From contig CAYGRO010000003.1 in NCBI GenBank assembly GCA_964352335.1, positions 24,798 through 88,797 on the forward strand: DNA of 64,000 bases. The letters run 5' to 3'. Each line of letters opens with the position of its first letter. Within the stretch, counting starts at the first letter, position 1. The notes beneath the pieces were generated by a model. It had not been told where the DNA came from. It did not search any database and was given only the letters and a program-made list of their open reading frames with translations. Positions 20,503 to 30,174 of this stretch are shown here, piece by piece. The translations under genes were made by a program, and so were the position numbers. The DNA comes from an uncultured Gammaproteobacteria bacterium (lineage in GTDB: Bacteria > Patescibacteriota > Patescibacteriia > VMEV01 > CAYQCH01).

Positions 20503-20592
20503 GATGCCAATCTACGAATGCATTCTAATCTGCGAATAATGACAAATCTACGAATAGCTTATTCGTAGATTCGTTTACATTTGTAGATTCAA
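20503..20592. repeat. 'GATGC.AATCT.CGAAT' repeat family copy
   Basis: Same unit at 29765, 30130, 30830 and degenerate at ~3323. Confidence 0.7.
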
Positions 20593-20684
20593 GTAAATAG
20601 ACCAGCAACTGCGCTTGTTTTAAGCCAAATTAAAGTGGATTTAGTTTAGCAGAACACGGCTATTGGTTCAATTATGACCTAATT

Positions 20685-21677
20685 TTAGACAAATTGTACT
20701 TCCTCTTCTAAGTCTATACCGTAAACAGCTTTTGCTTCTTTCTTAATGATTTCGGTATATTCTTTAACGGCTTGGGCATTACCTTTTCCGGTATTTACTA
20801 AAAAGTTCGCATGTTTTTCCGAAACCTTGATCCCTTTATAGGGTTCTTTTTGTTTATACCCTAATTGTTCAATAATCCATCCAGCGGGAACTTTTCCATT
20901 TTTAATAAAATCTGGATGTTCTTTTTTAATATCAGTAAAAAATTGTTTCGTTGGTTCACCAGTACTAGCAGATGATAATTTTTCTTCACCTGGAATAAGT
21001 TCGATGTTTTTGAATAAGCACCCAGCACAAAGTTCTCCCATTGGTTGGTCGGCAAACTTTTTTTTGAGCATGTCTTTTACTCGCTGTTGTGCTTCGTCAG
21101 CATCAGCAGGCTCAAGTTCAAATGTTGCTTCTAAAACAAGTTCTTTTCCTTGAGTGTCTTTAATGGCACTTGAACGATAGCGAAAATTTAATTGATCATT
21201 CGTTCTTGTTTCAATCGTTTCGCTTGTGGCAACTTGAGCCGAAACCAATGTATCTTTTACTTCCCCACCAAATGCCCCTGCATTTCCTCGTACAGCCCCA
21301 CCAACCGTCCCTGGAACAGCAATACACCATTCTAAACCAGTTAAACCAGCTTTAGCCGTTTCTTGCGCAAGCTTTGCTAATGGCAAACCAGCTTCTGCGA
21401 TGACAGTAGACCCATTAATTTTCAAATCACGATTTCTTGGTCGGATAACAATTCCTTTGATCCCTTCATCTGGCAATAAAACATTAGCCCCTCCACCTAA
21501 AATAAAATAGGGCAAGTTATTTTTTATACAAAACTGAAATACTTCTACTAATTCTTCATTCGTTTTAGGTTCAACAAAAATTTCAGCTGGACCACCAATT
21601 TTAAAGGTTGAATATTTAGAAAGAGGTTCATTCACTTTTAAAATATCGGCAAATTGTTGTTTGAATTTTTCGTACAT
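20685..21677 (-). CDS. murB: UDP-N-acetylenolpyruvoylglucosamine reductase
   Basis: TFKIGGPA, GGGANVL, PGTVGGAVRGNAGA, FRYRSS, AGCLFKN, KHANFLVN, LEEEV; start at MYEKF. Confidence 0.95.
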   Translation of the reverse strand: MYEKFKQQFADILKVNEPLSKYSTFKIGGPAEIFVEPKTNEELVEVFQFCIKNNLPYFILGGGANVLLPDEGIKGIVIRPRNRDLKINGSTVIAEAGLPLAKLAQETAKAGLTGLEWCIAVPGTVGGAVRGNAGAFGGEVKDTLVSAQVATSETIETRTNDQLNFRYRSSAIKDTQGKELVLEATFELEPADADEAQQRVKDMLKKKFADQPMGELCAGCLFKNIELIPGEEKLSSASTGEPTKQFFTDIKKEHPDFIKNGKVPAGWIIEQLGYKQKEPYKGIKVSEKHANFLVNTGKGNAQAVKEYTEIIKKEAKAVYGIDLEEEVQFV

Positions 21678-21690
21678 AATATTTTTGACA

Positions 21691-21785
21691 TTACCCCCTC
21701 CCAACCTCCCCCTTAGCAAAGGGGAGGAGGAATAACTTTCATGTTCTTCCCCCTCCTAGCATAGGAGGGGGCTAGGGGGTGGTAA
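21691..21785. repeat. C/G-tract double-hairpin REP-like element
   Basis: Close copy of 17622-17714. Confidence 0.8.
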
Positions 21786-21789
21786 AAGA

Positions 21790-24288
21790 TCATCCTAATT
21801 CCTCTGCTAATCGATAAATATCTCCTGCGCCCATCATTAAGACCACATCATTGGGCTCGATAAGTGAATTTAACGCTGTTTTTGTTTCTTGTAAAGAACC
21901 AGAGGCAATCACTTTTGGACAACGACCACGCTTTTTAATGGCATCTACAAGCATTTGAGCATTCATTTCTTCTTTGGTAATTGTTTCTCGGCCTGCAACA
22001 GCATGAATATCTGGAATAACGGTGACATCAGCAAGGTCAAATGAAGCAACAAAATCATCAAATAATGCTTGAGTTCTATGTCTTGTATGCGCTTGAAAAA
22101 CAGCAATCAACCGTTGACCAGGATAAAATTCTTTTGCTCCTTTAATTGTGGCATGAACCGCTGTTGGGTGGTGAGCATAATCACTAATAATCACAGCTTG
22201 TTTATATTGCCCCAGAATTTGAAACCGTCGCCATGTTCCTTTAAAGCTAGATAAAGCATCACAAATTTCTTGTGGCTTATGCCCGACAATGGATAAAGCA
22301 ACAGCAATAGATGCTAATGCATTTTCAATATTAAATGTTCCTGGCAGTGGAAATGAGCAAGTCGCAACTTTGTCATTATATTGATAAAGAGATAATTCTT
22401 GTTTCTGATCTTTTACCACTACTTCTTTTAACCATAAGTCATTCTCTTTTTTAGACGAGAAAGCGAAAATATTTTTTCCTGATAAATCTAGTTTTTTTGT
22501 TTGTGTATCTTCATCGTTTATTACAAGAAGCCCGTCCTCTGGTAATTTATCTACCATTTTCTGAAAAGCGGCATAATAGTTTTCTTCTGTTTTATAATAA
22601 TCTAAATGATCAGGAACAATATTTGTAATAACAAGTACATCTGGATCTATTTCTAAAAAATGTTCTTTAAACTCATCTCCTTCTACAACTAAAATATCAC
22701 TTTTCCCTGCTCTAAAATTACATTTCCAATCGTTTACAACACTTCCAACCATTGCAGAAGGGTCACATCCCATTTGGATTAAGATATGTGAAATCATCGC
22801 TGTCGTTGTTGTTTTTCCTTTATTCCCTGCAACAACAATCGTATGATAATCCTTTGATAATTGCCCAACCACTTGAAAATTAGTCATCATTTTTATCCCT
22901 AGCTCTTTTGCTTTTACAAGCTCTGGATTATCTAATGGAATAGCATCATTATAGACAATAAGATCAATATCTTCTGTCACATTAGTTGATTCATGCCCCT
23001 TAAGCACAATTGCTCCAGCTTGAGCTAATTGATCTGTAATCATATTTTGTGACAAATCTGAACCTGAAACAACTTTATGATGATGCAAAAAGAAATAGGC
23101 AATATACGAAATACCAATCCCACCAATACCAACGAAATGAACTTTTTTAATGGTTGAAAGATCTAATTGTTTATTCACTTCTTCTTGCTCTTCTCCTTCT
23201 TCAATCGCTTCCACCTTTTGATGAGAAAGTGTTTCTACAATGATATTTGCAATTTTGCTACTAGCTTCTTTTTGATAAAAACTATGAATTTTCTTTCCAT
23301 ATTCTGCTAATTTTTCTTTATCTGAAATAATTTTTTTCAATTGAGCCGCAAATAATTGAGGACTCAATGAGGTTTGATCTAAAATATGAGCTGCTTTTTC
23401 ATTCCATAAAATCTCTGCATTATCTTCTTGATGAGAATTTGGAATTGGAATAATAACAGCAGGTTTTTTTAAGGCTGATAATTCTAAAAAGGTCCCAAGC
23501 CCACCCCGTGTAACAACAAGGTCTGCTTTATCATAGGCTTCTGCCATTTCATCTGTTAAAAATTCTTTTTGTCTATAATTATCTGCTTGAATAGTATTTC
23601 CTTTATCTTTTCCTGTGATATGAATAATATTGGCAAATTTTGTCAGCTCCTCTAACCCCCCCCAAACAAATTCATTCAATGCCTGTGCCCCTGTTCCACC
23701 ACCAAAAATGAATAGAACGGGAAGATTATTATCAAAAGTAAAAGCAGTTGTTATTGGGGTAAAAATTTCTTGTCGTACAGGACCACCTGTTACCGTTGTT
23801 TTTCCTTTTTTATAATCTTGCTCAGAAGCAGGAAAAGTCACACTAATCGTTTTGGCGAATGGAGACATTAATTTATTTGCCAAACCTGGACGGATATCTA
23901 ATTGATGTATATGACTTGGAATTTTTTTAAGCCAGGCCATCCAAACCAATGGAACAGCAATAAAGCCACCAGCGGTAATAATCGCATTTGGTTTTAATTC
24001 ATTCAGTAATTTCCATGCCTTAATACAAGCGTAAATAAGTAAAAATGGCGAAACAATATTTCGTAGGCTAAAAAAACGATCCAACTTAACCATTGGTAAT
24101 GTATAAAAACTAATCTGCTTTTGTGCTATTAATTTTCTTTCTGGACCATTTTTTGTCCCTACCCAAAGATAAGACCACTTAGAATATGATGACTTAAGCT
24201 CTTCGTATACAGCTAAAAGCGGTGTTACAGGACCAATTGTTCCACCACCTGCAAATAGAATTGTTTTTTTATCTTCATTCATAAGCAA
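21790..24288 (-). CDS. murG: MurG-MurC fusion protein
   Basis: N half has AGGGTIGPV, FGGGTGA, HQEDNA (MurG); acidic linker; C half has HFVGIGGIGIS, GKTTTT, DHLDYY, RRFQ, DYAHHPT, GAGDI (MurC). Confidence 0.92.
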   Translation of the reverse strand: MLMNEDKKTILFAGGGTIGPVTPLLAVYEELKSSYSKWSYLWVGTKNGPERKLIAQKQISFYTLPMVKLDRFFSLRNIVSPFLLIYACIKAWKLLNELKPNAIITAGGFIAVPLVWMAWLKKIPSHIHQLDIRPGLANKLMSPFAKTISVTFPASEQDYKKGKTTVTGGPVRQEIFTPITTAFTFDNNLPVLFIFGGGTGAQALNEFVWGGLEELTKFANIIHITGKDKGNTIQADNYRQKEFLTDEMAEAYDKADLVVTRGGLGTFLELSALKKPAVIIPIPNSHQEDNAEILWNEKAAHILDQTSLSPQLFAAQLKKIISDKEKLAEYGKKIHSFYQKEASSKIANIIVETLSHQKVEAIEEGEEQEEVNKQLDLSTIKKVHFVGIGGIGISYIAYFFLHHHKVVSGSDLSQNMITDQLAQAGAIVLKGHESTNVTEDIDLIVYNDAIPLDNPELVKAKELGIKMMTNFQVVGQLSKDYHTIVVAGNKGKTTTTAMISHILIQMGCDPSAMVGSVVNDWKCNFRAGKSDILVVEGDEFKEHFLEIDPDVLVITNIVPDHLDYYKTEENYYAAFQKMVDKLPEDGLLVINDEDTQTKKLDLSGKNIFAFSSKKENDLWLKEVVVKDQKQELSLYQYNDKVATCSFPLPGTFNIENALASIAVALSIVGHKPQEICDALSSFKGTWRRFQILGQYKQAVIISDYAHHPTAVHATIKGAKEFYPGQRLIAVFQAHTRHRTQALFDDFVASFDLADVTVIPDIHAVAGRETITKEEMNAQMLVDAIKKRGRCPKVIASGSLQETKTALNSLIEPNDVVLMMGAGDIYRLAEELG

Positions 24289-24293
24289 AATGA

Positions 24294-25469
24294 TTAAGCC
24301 ACAGACTCTTTCACCTGATTAAATCTTCGTACAATACGTCGCCCTCGCTCTTTTTTACTTTGTGTTTTGGTCATTTGCCGGGAAATATTAATAACAATAC
24401 CAATGGCAGCAAATAAAACAACGAGCGATGAACTTCCATAACTAACAAATGGTAATGGTAAACCGGTAATTGGGAGCAATCCAACCATAGCAGAAATATT
24501 TACAAAACTTTGAAAACCTATCCAACTCATAATTCCTGCGGCAAGTAATTTCCCAAATTGATCTGGAGCTTGCCGAGCAATATGATATCCGCGAAAAATA
24601 AGTGCAAGCATTGAAAGTAAAACAATGACAACGACAATAAATCCTAGTTCTTCTGCAATAATAGCAAAAATAGAATCTCCAATAACTTCTGGTAAATATA
24701 AATGTTTCTGCCTTGAATACCCAAATCCTAAACCGAATAACCCACCAGAACCAATCGCTAATAAAGCTTGGTTAATATGATACCCAATTCCTTGTGGATC
24801 TAATTGAGGGTGTAAAAATACGGTAAATCGAGCAGCTCTATAGGGTGCAATTTTAATCAAAACAGCTAAACCAGCAATCCCTATTAAACCTAAACTTACT
24901 AAATGTTTAATACTTGCACCTGCAACAAAATACACCATTAAAGCAATCATTACGATAATAGACATTGTTCCTACATCTGGCTGTAGGAAAATAAGGAGCA
25001 TAATAATGCTAAGTGACATTAAAAAAGGTATTAATCCTTCAGAAAAATCTTTTAACACTTTTGTATCTCGTCGCTCTAACCATGCAGCTAAATAAATAAT
25101 GAATGCAAGTTTCACAATTTCTGATGGCTGGAATGTAAAGAAACCTAGATCGATCCAACTTCTTGCCCCACCAAAACTTGCTCCCAATGGAGTAAAAACG
25201 GCTAAAAGCAATAGAATAGAAAAGACGAAAATAGGAAAAGCAATTTTTTTAAATAATTTATAATCAACAAAACTTAAAATGGCACAAAAAATTAATCCAG
25301 GTAAAAATCCATTTAATAGCTGATGTTTTACATAATACAAACTATCCCCAAAGCGTTGAAACGCCACCGCATTTGAAGCGGAAGAAAGCATTACCACACC
25401 AAAAATTGCGACAAAGGCAAAAAGACCTAAAAACAAATAATCTGGTGCATGATATTTCGCTCTTCGCAT
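24294..25469 (-). CDS. ftsW: SEDS peptidoglycan polymerase FtsW
   Basis: GARSW, FQPSE, QPDVGT, LPEVIGDSIFAIIAEELG, PITGLPLPFVSYG; between murD and murG. Confidence 0.93.
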   Translation of the reverse strand: MRRAKYHAPDYLFLGLFAFVAIFGVVMLSSASNAVAFQRFGDSLYYVKHQLLNGFLPGLIFCAILSFVDYKLFKKIAFPIFVFSILLLLAVFTPLGASFGGARSWIDLGFFTFQPSEIVKLAFIIYLAAWLERRDTKVLKDFSEGLIPFLMSLSIIMLLIFLQPDVGTMSIIVMIALMVYFVAGASIKHLVSLGLIGIAGLAVLIKIAPYRAARFTVFLHPQLDPQGIGYHINQALLAIGSGGLFGLGFGYSRQKHLYLPEVIGDSIFAIIAEELGFIVVVIVLLSMLALIFRGYHIARQAPDQFGKLLAAGIMSWIGFQSFVNISAMVGLLPITGLPLPFVSYGSSSLVVLFAAIGIVINISRQMTKTQSKKERGRRIVRRFNQVKESVA

Positions 25470-25479
25470 AAAAAATTAT

Positions 25480-26898
25480 CTAAGCATGGTGAGAAAGCGT
25501 TTTTTTAAGATCTATAATCGCTTGATCAAATTGATCTCCACGATCAAATTCATTATTAAATAAACCGAAACTGGCGAACCCAGGAGATAGCAATATAACA
25601 TCTCCTGCATCTGCTCGAACAAAAGCTTGTTTAACAGCTTGCTCCATACTTTCTGCGTCTCCATAATCAATATCATCCATCATCATGGTTTTGATTTTGT
25701 CTGTTCCTGAACCTGGTAGCCATATAATTGATTTGACCCCACCCAAGGCTGAAACAAAACCTTCTAACGGTAATTCTTTATCATATCCGCCTGCAATGAG
25801 AATCACTTTTCTTGAGTCCACAGATTTTAATGCAGCTTCTGCCGCCACAGGAGTTGTTGAAGTTGTATCATTAATAAAAGTAACCCCTTTTATTTCGTCA
25901 ATAAACTTGAGCCTACCATCTAAAGAAGCAAATGAGCCCATTTGTTGCCGAGCAGGATCTAGAGTATCTACAAGTTGATCAACAGTGGCGATCGCTGCGA
26001 GAATATTTGCATAATTATGCTCCCCCCTTAATGGTGCCTCATCTACACTTGAAATTTTTTCTCCATTTTTTACAATATCTCTCCCTTGTAAATAATAGCC
26101 TTTTTCTAATTGTTTTTCTGTAGAAAACCATTGAACTGGGGCTATTGTTTTCTCACCAATTACCTTTGTATACTCATTACTCGCATTCGTAATTAAAATA
26201 TCATCTTCCTTTTGATGGTTAGTAATTACTGCTTTTACATCTGCATATATTTGCATATCTCCATCATATCGATTCAAATGATCTGGTAAAACATTTAATA
26301 ACACAGCTATATGAGGACTCATCTTTTTTAGATTCAGGTATTCCAACATGAAATTAGATAATTCTAAAACAACAAAATCATCTTTTTTCATTTTATCTAA
26401 CATTTCTAATGGTGAACCTTTCGCAATATTTCCACCAACCCAAACCTTTTGTTTATAACCCTCTAGTAAATGGCCAATAAGCGCGGTTGTCGTACTTTTT
26501 CCTCTTGTACCAGTAATACCAATTATCTTTGCTGGACAGCGATCAAAAAACAAGGTCATTTCATGCTCAATAGGAATATTGTTTTCTAAGGCGAGCTGAA
26601 TCCATTTTGATGTAACTGGAATCGCTTGATTTGGTACAAGCAGATCACAATCTAAAATATCTACTTCTCTATGCTCACCCATAACCCAAGTTATTGTTCC
26701 TTGGTATTTTTTTTCTTCGATATAGTCTTTAACTCGCTTTACTTGAACAGATAGTTCTTCTTCTGTTTGTAAATCTGAAATAACTAAATCAGCGCCTTGT
26801 CTAATAAAAAATTTCACGGCAGCTAATCCGCTTCCGTGCTCGTATCGGCCTAAGCCTAAAATAGTTATTTTTTTTCCTTTCCAGTTGAGTTCTTTCAT
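25480..26898 (-). CDS. murD: UDP-N-acetylmuramoyl-L-alanine--D-glutamate ligase
   Basis: ITGTRGKSTTT, GGNI, LELSNF, PDHLNRY, LLSPGFASF...FDRG; start at MKELN. Confidence 0.95.
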   Translation of the reverse strand: MKELNWKGKKITILGLGRYEHGSGLAAVKFFIRQGADLVISDLQTEEELSVQVKRVKDYIEEKKYQGTITWVMGEHREVDILDCDLLVPNQAIPVTSKWIQLALENNIPIEHEMTLFFDRCPAKIIGITGTRGKSTTTALIGHLLEGYKQKVWVGGNIAKGSPLEMLDKMKKDDFVVLELSNFMLEYLNLKKMSPHIAVLLNVLPDHLNRYDGDMQIYADVKAVITNHQKEDDILITNASNEYTKVIGEKTIAPVQWFSTEKQLEKGYYLQGRDIVKNGEKISSVDEAPLRGEHNYANILAAIATVDQLVDTLDPARQQMGSFASLDGRLKFIDEIKGVTFINDTTSTTPVAAEAALKSVDSRKVILIAGGYDKELPLEGFVSALGGVKSIIWLPGSGTDKIKTMMMDDIDYGDAESMEQAVKQAFVRADAGDVILLSPGFASFGLFNNEFDRGDQFDQAIIDLKKTLSHHA

Positions 26899-26956
26899 AT
26901 GCCAATCATAGCAAAAAAACGACTTCTCCCATACCCTTTTTTTCAACAGCATACCT

Positions 26957-27730
26957 CTATTTCAAAGAAAGGTAAGACCAAATCAATTTAGCTAATTCAT
27001 CTGGACTCCTTCGATAAGAAGCATAGTGATTATTTTCAAATGTACAGATGGAAGACAATTCAATATTTTGCTCTAAAACCCCCATTTTTAAAGCGAGTAC
27101 TTTATTTGCACAAGGTAAATCAAGGCTTATTTTGTCACCTTGTTTCTCTAAAACGACTTTATCCTCATCATTGAACAAACGATTGAATCGATCTTTTCTG
27201 TCATCAGTAACGGTAGAAATATCGTAACATTGGCCACAAATGGAAGGACCAATGACCATAAAAAGCTCTGATGACTCAGAATTGTATTCATCTTTCATTG
27301 TCTTTACCACCTCTTGTACAATGTTTTTACTCGTACCGCTCCACCCTGCATGGGCCAAACCTATCGCAAAATTTTTCGGGTCATAGAAAAAAATTGGCAC
27401 ACAATCTGCCGACTTAATAACAAGAGAAAGACCTGGCTGATTTGTTACCAAAGCATCAGCTTTGGGTAAATCATCTTCTTTTAAAAAGATATTCCCCTTT
27501 TGCCCTTCATTTATGACTAGCACATTATTATCATGCACTTGGTCTAGAACGAATGTCTTTTCTTCATCTGCTGAAATAGCTTTTAGTACTTCATTTCTAT
27601 TTTCTATCACATCAGAATCAGCTACCCCGCTTTCAAAACGAAGTACACCAAATGATTTTGATGTACTCCCATGAGAAAGATTTGAAAATTGTGACAGGAG
27701 TTTTGATTGCCAGATTAAATCACTCTTCAT
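26957..27730 (-). CDS. pgeF: PgeF/YfiH polyphenol-oxidase-like peptidoglycan editing factor
   Basis: QVH, ADALVT, ADCVPI, AHAGW, GPSI...CY, CT...SYRR. Confidence 0.9.
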   Translation of the reverse strand: MKSDLIWQSKLLSQFSNLSHGSTSKSFGVLRFESGVADSDVIENRNEVLKAISADEEKTFVLDQVHDNNVLVINEGQKGNIFLKEDDLPKADALVTNQPGLSLVIKSADCVPIFFYDPKNFAIGLAHAGWSGTSKNIVQEVVKTMKDEYNSESSELFMVIGPSICGQCYDISTVTDDRKDRFNRLFNDEDKVVLEKQGDKISLDLPCANKVLALKMGVLEQNIELSSICTFENNHYASYRRSPDELAKLIWSYLSLK

Positions 27731-27792
27731 AAATCCGTGCTCATTAGTTAATACAGTCTTTATATCAAATTCATCAATGATTAGGAAACTAA

Positions 27793-29058
27793 CTAAGTAA
27801 ACTGATGAGGCTCTTTAAACCCTCCAACTTTTCGTTTTAAACGAGTATTTATAATACTTGCTCTTTGTAAAGCCTTTTCTCCATAACGATTATTAATCTT
27901 ATCTTGAGCTTCTAAAAGATTTCTATGACGTCTTTCTATACCTAAATAAGGTAATTGCATTCCATCTTTTTTAAGCATGGTTGCTCCAATACCAATTAAT
28001 CGTACAGGTAAACGAAAGAACCATTTATCTAACAAACTTTTGGCTATTTTATAGATATCATAACCATCATCAACATATGTTTTTAGTGTTTTCCCTTCAC
28101 CTGAACTTGTCATATCTTCCCATCGCAAATGCACCCAAATACGACGAGCTTCGTAACCATCTTTTCTTAGTCTTCTCCCAACCTTTTCTGATAACCGCAA
28201 AAGCATACGATAAACCTCATCTCTATTTACTGTATTTTGACTTAATGTATAGGTATGTCCAATTGATTTAGCAGGAGCCACCTCTTCTACATAGGGAACA
28301 ATTGTATGATCAATCCCTTTACCCATATCTGAAAGCATTTTTCCATTATTAGGCCCAAAGACTCGTTGTAATTCTTCTACAGGATAATTACCTAATTGCC
28401 GTAATGTTCTTATCCCCATATCGAATAAACGAATTTTTAAGCGATTACCAATACCTGGGATATCGGTTAATTCAACCCAATCTAAAACATGTCGTAATTG
28501 ATCTGGCTCAATAACAATTAATCCATCTGGCTTTTTCATGCTAGAAGCTAATTTAGACATCATTCTATTTGGAGCAATACCAATAGAACAAGTTAAAATA
28601 TCACCTATTTCTTCTTTAAGATTTTGTTTCATTTTATGAGCGATATCTATAGCCCCTTGATAATCTTTGACCCAGCCCGTTAAATCCATGAACAACTCAT
28701 CTACACTATAGACTTCTATACGATCACTATATCGCTTACCAATATTGATAAATTTTTGCGTAATTTCTTGGTACTTTGTTGGATCACCGTCTATAAACAT
28801 CAAATGAGGACAAAGTTTTAAGGCCTCTGAGGTCTTCATAGCTGTTTTTAGGCCATAGGCTTTTGCTTCTATAGAACAAGCAACAATAACACTTCTAGAC
28901 GCAGGAGAACCACCAATAGCAATAGGTTTACCACGCAAAAAAGGATTGCATTGCTGTTCAGCCGTTGCAAAATAGGAATTGAAATCGATATGTAATATAC
29001 AATTGACCCCGTATAACTCGTTACCTCGCTTACGGGGCAAGCCATTGATATGTGACAT
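27793..29058 (-). CDS. dinB: Y-family DNA polymerase (DinB/UmuC-like)
   Basis: HIDFNSYFA, SIEAK..G, YSVDE catalytic pair, SIGIAPN..SKLAS...KPDG, GIG, clamp-like QLPYL, C-terminal DKINNRYG. Confidence 0.9.
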   Translation of the reverse strand: MSHINGLPRKRGNELYGVNCILHIDFNSYFATAEQQCNPFLRGKPIAIGGSPASRSVIVACSIEAKAYGLKTAMKTSEALKLCPHLMFIDGDPTKYQEITQKFINIGKRYSDRIEVYSVDELFMDLTGWVKDYQGAIDIAHKMKQNLKEEIGDILTCSIGIAPNRMMSKLASSMKKPDGLIVIEPDQLRHVLDWVELTDIPGIGNRLKIRLFDMGIRTLRQLGNYPVEELQRVFGPNNGKMLSDMGKGIDHTIVPYVEEVAPAKSIGHTYTLSQNTVNRDEVYRMLLRLSEKVGRRLRKDGYEARRIWVHLRWEDMTSSGEGKTLKTYVDDGYDIYKIAKSLLDKWFFRLPVRLIGIGATMLKKDGMQLPYLGIERRHRNLLEAQDKINNRYGEKALQRASIINTRLKRKVGGFKEPHQFT

Positions 29059-29062
29059 ATGC

Positions 29063-29188
29063 ATACCTCCCCCTAACCCCCTCCTTCACAGGAGGGGGAA
29101 GTATAAACAATTAAATACTACCTTCCCCTCCCATTCGGCTCGAGCTCATGGCCGAGAGCTAATTTAGGAGGGGATTGAGGGGTGGTAT
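29063..29188. repeat. C/G-tract REP-like element with nested palindrome
   Basis: atacctccccctaaccccctcc...aggagggattgaggggtggtat, containing cattcggctcgagctcatggccgagag. Confidence 0.8.
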
Positions 29189-29189
29189 G

Positions 29190-29438
29190 TTACTCCTGAT
29201 AATGTTCAACAAGATACCACTGCAAACTATCTGTATGAAGCTCTAAACGAAAAAACTCTGTGTCTGTAGCTACAGAGAAAAAATAAATACGTTCTTGACC
29301 ATTATGAGTTGAGTGGACATTTAAAATTTGCTTTATTTGATAAAGATTTTTTTCCCAACGTATTAATTTGGGGTGAACCTTCTTTTCATCAAAAAGAGCA
29401 ACGACTTTAATACGGTCTTGAAATTTTTCGTGAAGCAT
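29190..29438 (-). CDS. 82-aa beta-rich protein, probable Y-polymerase accessory factor (ImuB C-terminal-like)
   Basis: V.A.F....HP..IRW...Y.I...YFFSV...F.LE......W pattern; directly upstream of dinB. Confidence 0.6.
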   Translation of the reverse strand: MLHEKFQDRIKVVALFDEKKVHPKLIRWEKNLYQIKQILNVHSTHNGQERIYFFSVATDTEFFRLELHTDSLQWYLVEHYQE

Positions 29439-29455
29439 AAAGTTTTATTTAGGGA

Positions 29456-29495
29456 ATAAAAAAACTTGCCAAAATTTAGAAGCAAGTTTTTTTAT
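29456..29495. terminator. Perfect inverted repeat, terminator- or attenuator-like
   Basis: ATAAAAAAACTTGC-12 nt-GCAAGTTTTTTTAT. Confidence 0.6.
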
Positions 29496-29760
29496 AAACA
29501 AGGTTACAGGTCGTTTTCAATCATCTTAAGGTTTAAAAGAACAAAAGATAACGTTAGATTGTAAACAACCTGTAAGGTTGTGCCAACAAAGTCGGAATTC
29601 TTGTACCTCTTATTAACTGAAAAAAAGGATTTAAAACAGAGAATAAGTCGGCCAATAAAGAATTTCGGTTCCCCTTCTCTTACCCGTCCCCAAATAAGAA
29701 AAGATGAATTGAATCGTTAGCAAGTGGTGTGGAGATGAAAAGATCTGTAACCTTGTTTAT
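29494..29760. other. ~270-bp element with ~25-bp terminal inverted repeats and internal stems (candidate ncRNA or MITE)
   Basis: ATAAACAAGGTTACAGGTCGTTTTCA ... TGAAAAGATCTGTAACCTTGTTTAT; internal stems ACAACCT/AGGTTGT, GTCGGAATTCTT/AAGAATTTCGGT and CTTATT/AATAAG. Confidence 0.5.
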
Positions 29761-30174
29761 GTATGATGCAAATCTACGAATGAATACTAATCCTCCTTCG
29801 CTCTTGAGGAGCTTCGGCGGACAAGTCTGCAAATATTCAACGAATGAAAGGCATCATACTAATTTACTTTCTATTTCATTGTACGAGAGGAATGAAATAG
29901 GAGCAGTAAGAAACTTAGTGAGTGAAACTATACATCGCAACCTTATCTACAACTCTGCCAAGAAGTTGACGATAAAATGCTTTTGTTTTTCTTTTTTTCA
30001 TATTTTTGTTTTTCTAGACTAGGGTAAGGGCTGAAATAAGCAGCAATAAACAGGACCTGTCCAACCCATGGACCCGGATCATAGAGAATTTAGTTATTAG
30101 CGAGTTAAATTATTTTATGACAGTAGGAGGATGCGAATCTACGAATAAATACTAATCTACAAATATCCTACGAA

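Noticed and set aside
21678-21719. N-terminal extensions of murB (and similarly eno, lexA, sufU) in the ORF track
   Set aside because: They run through intergenic repeats; downstream ATGs give typical protein starts.
29494-29760. Retron msr-msd
   Set aside because: Terminal inverted repeats fit, but there is no reverse transcriptase in the window.
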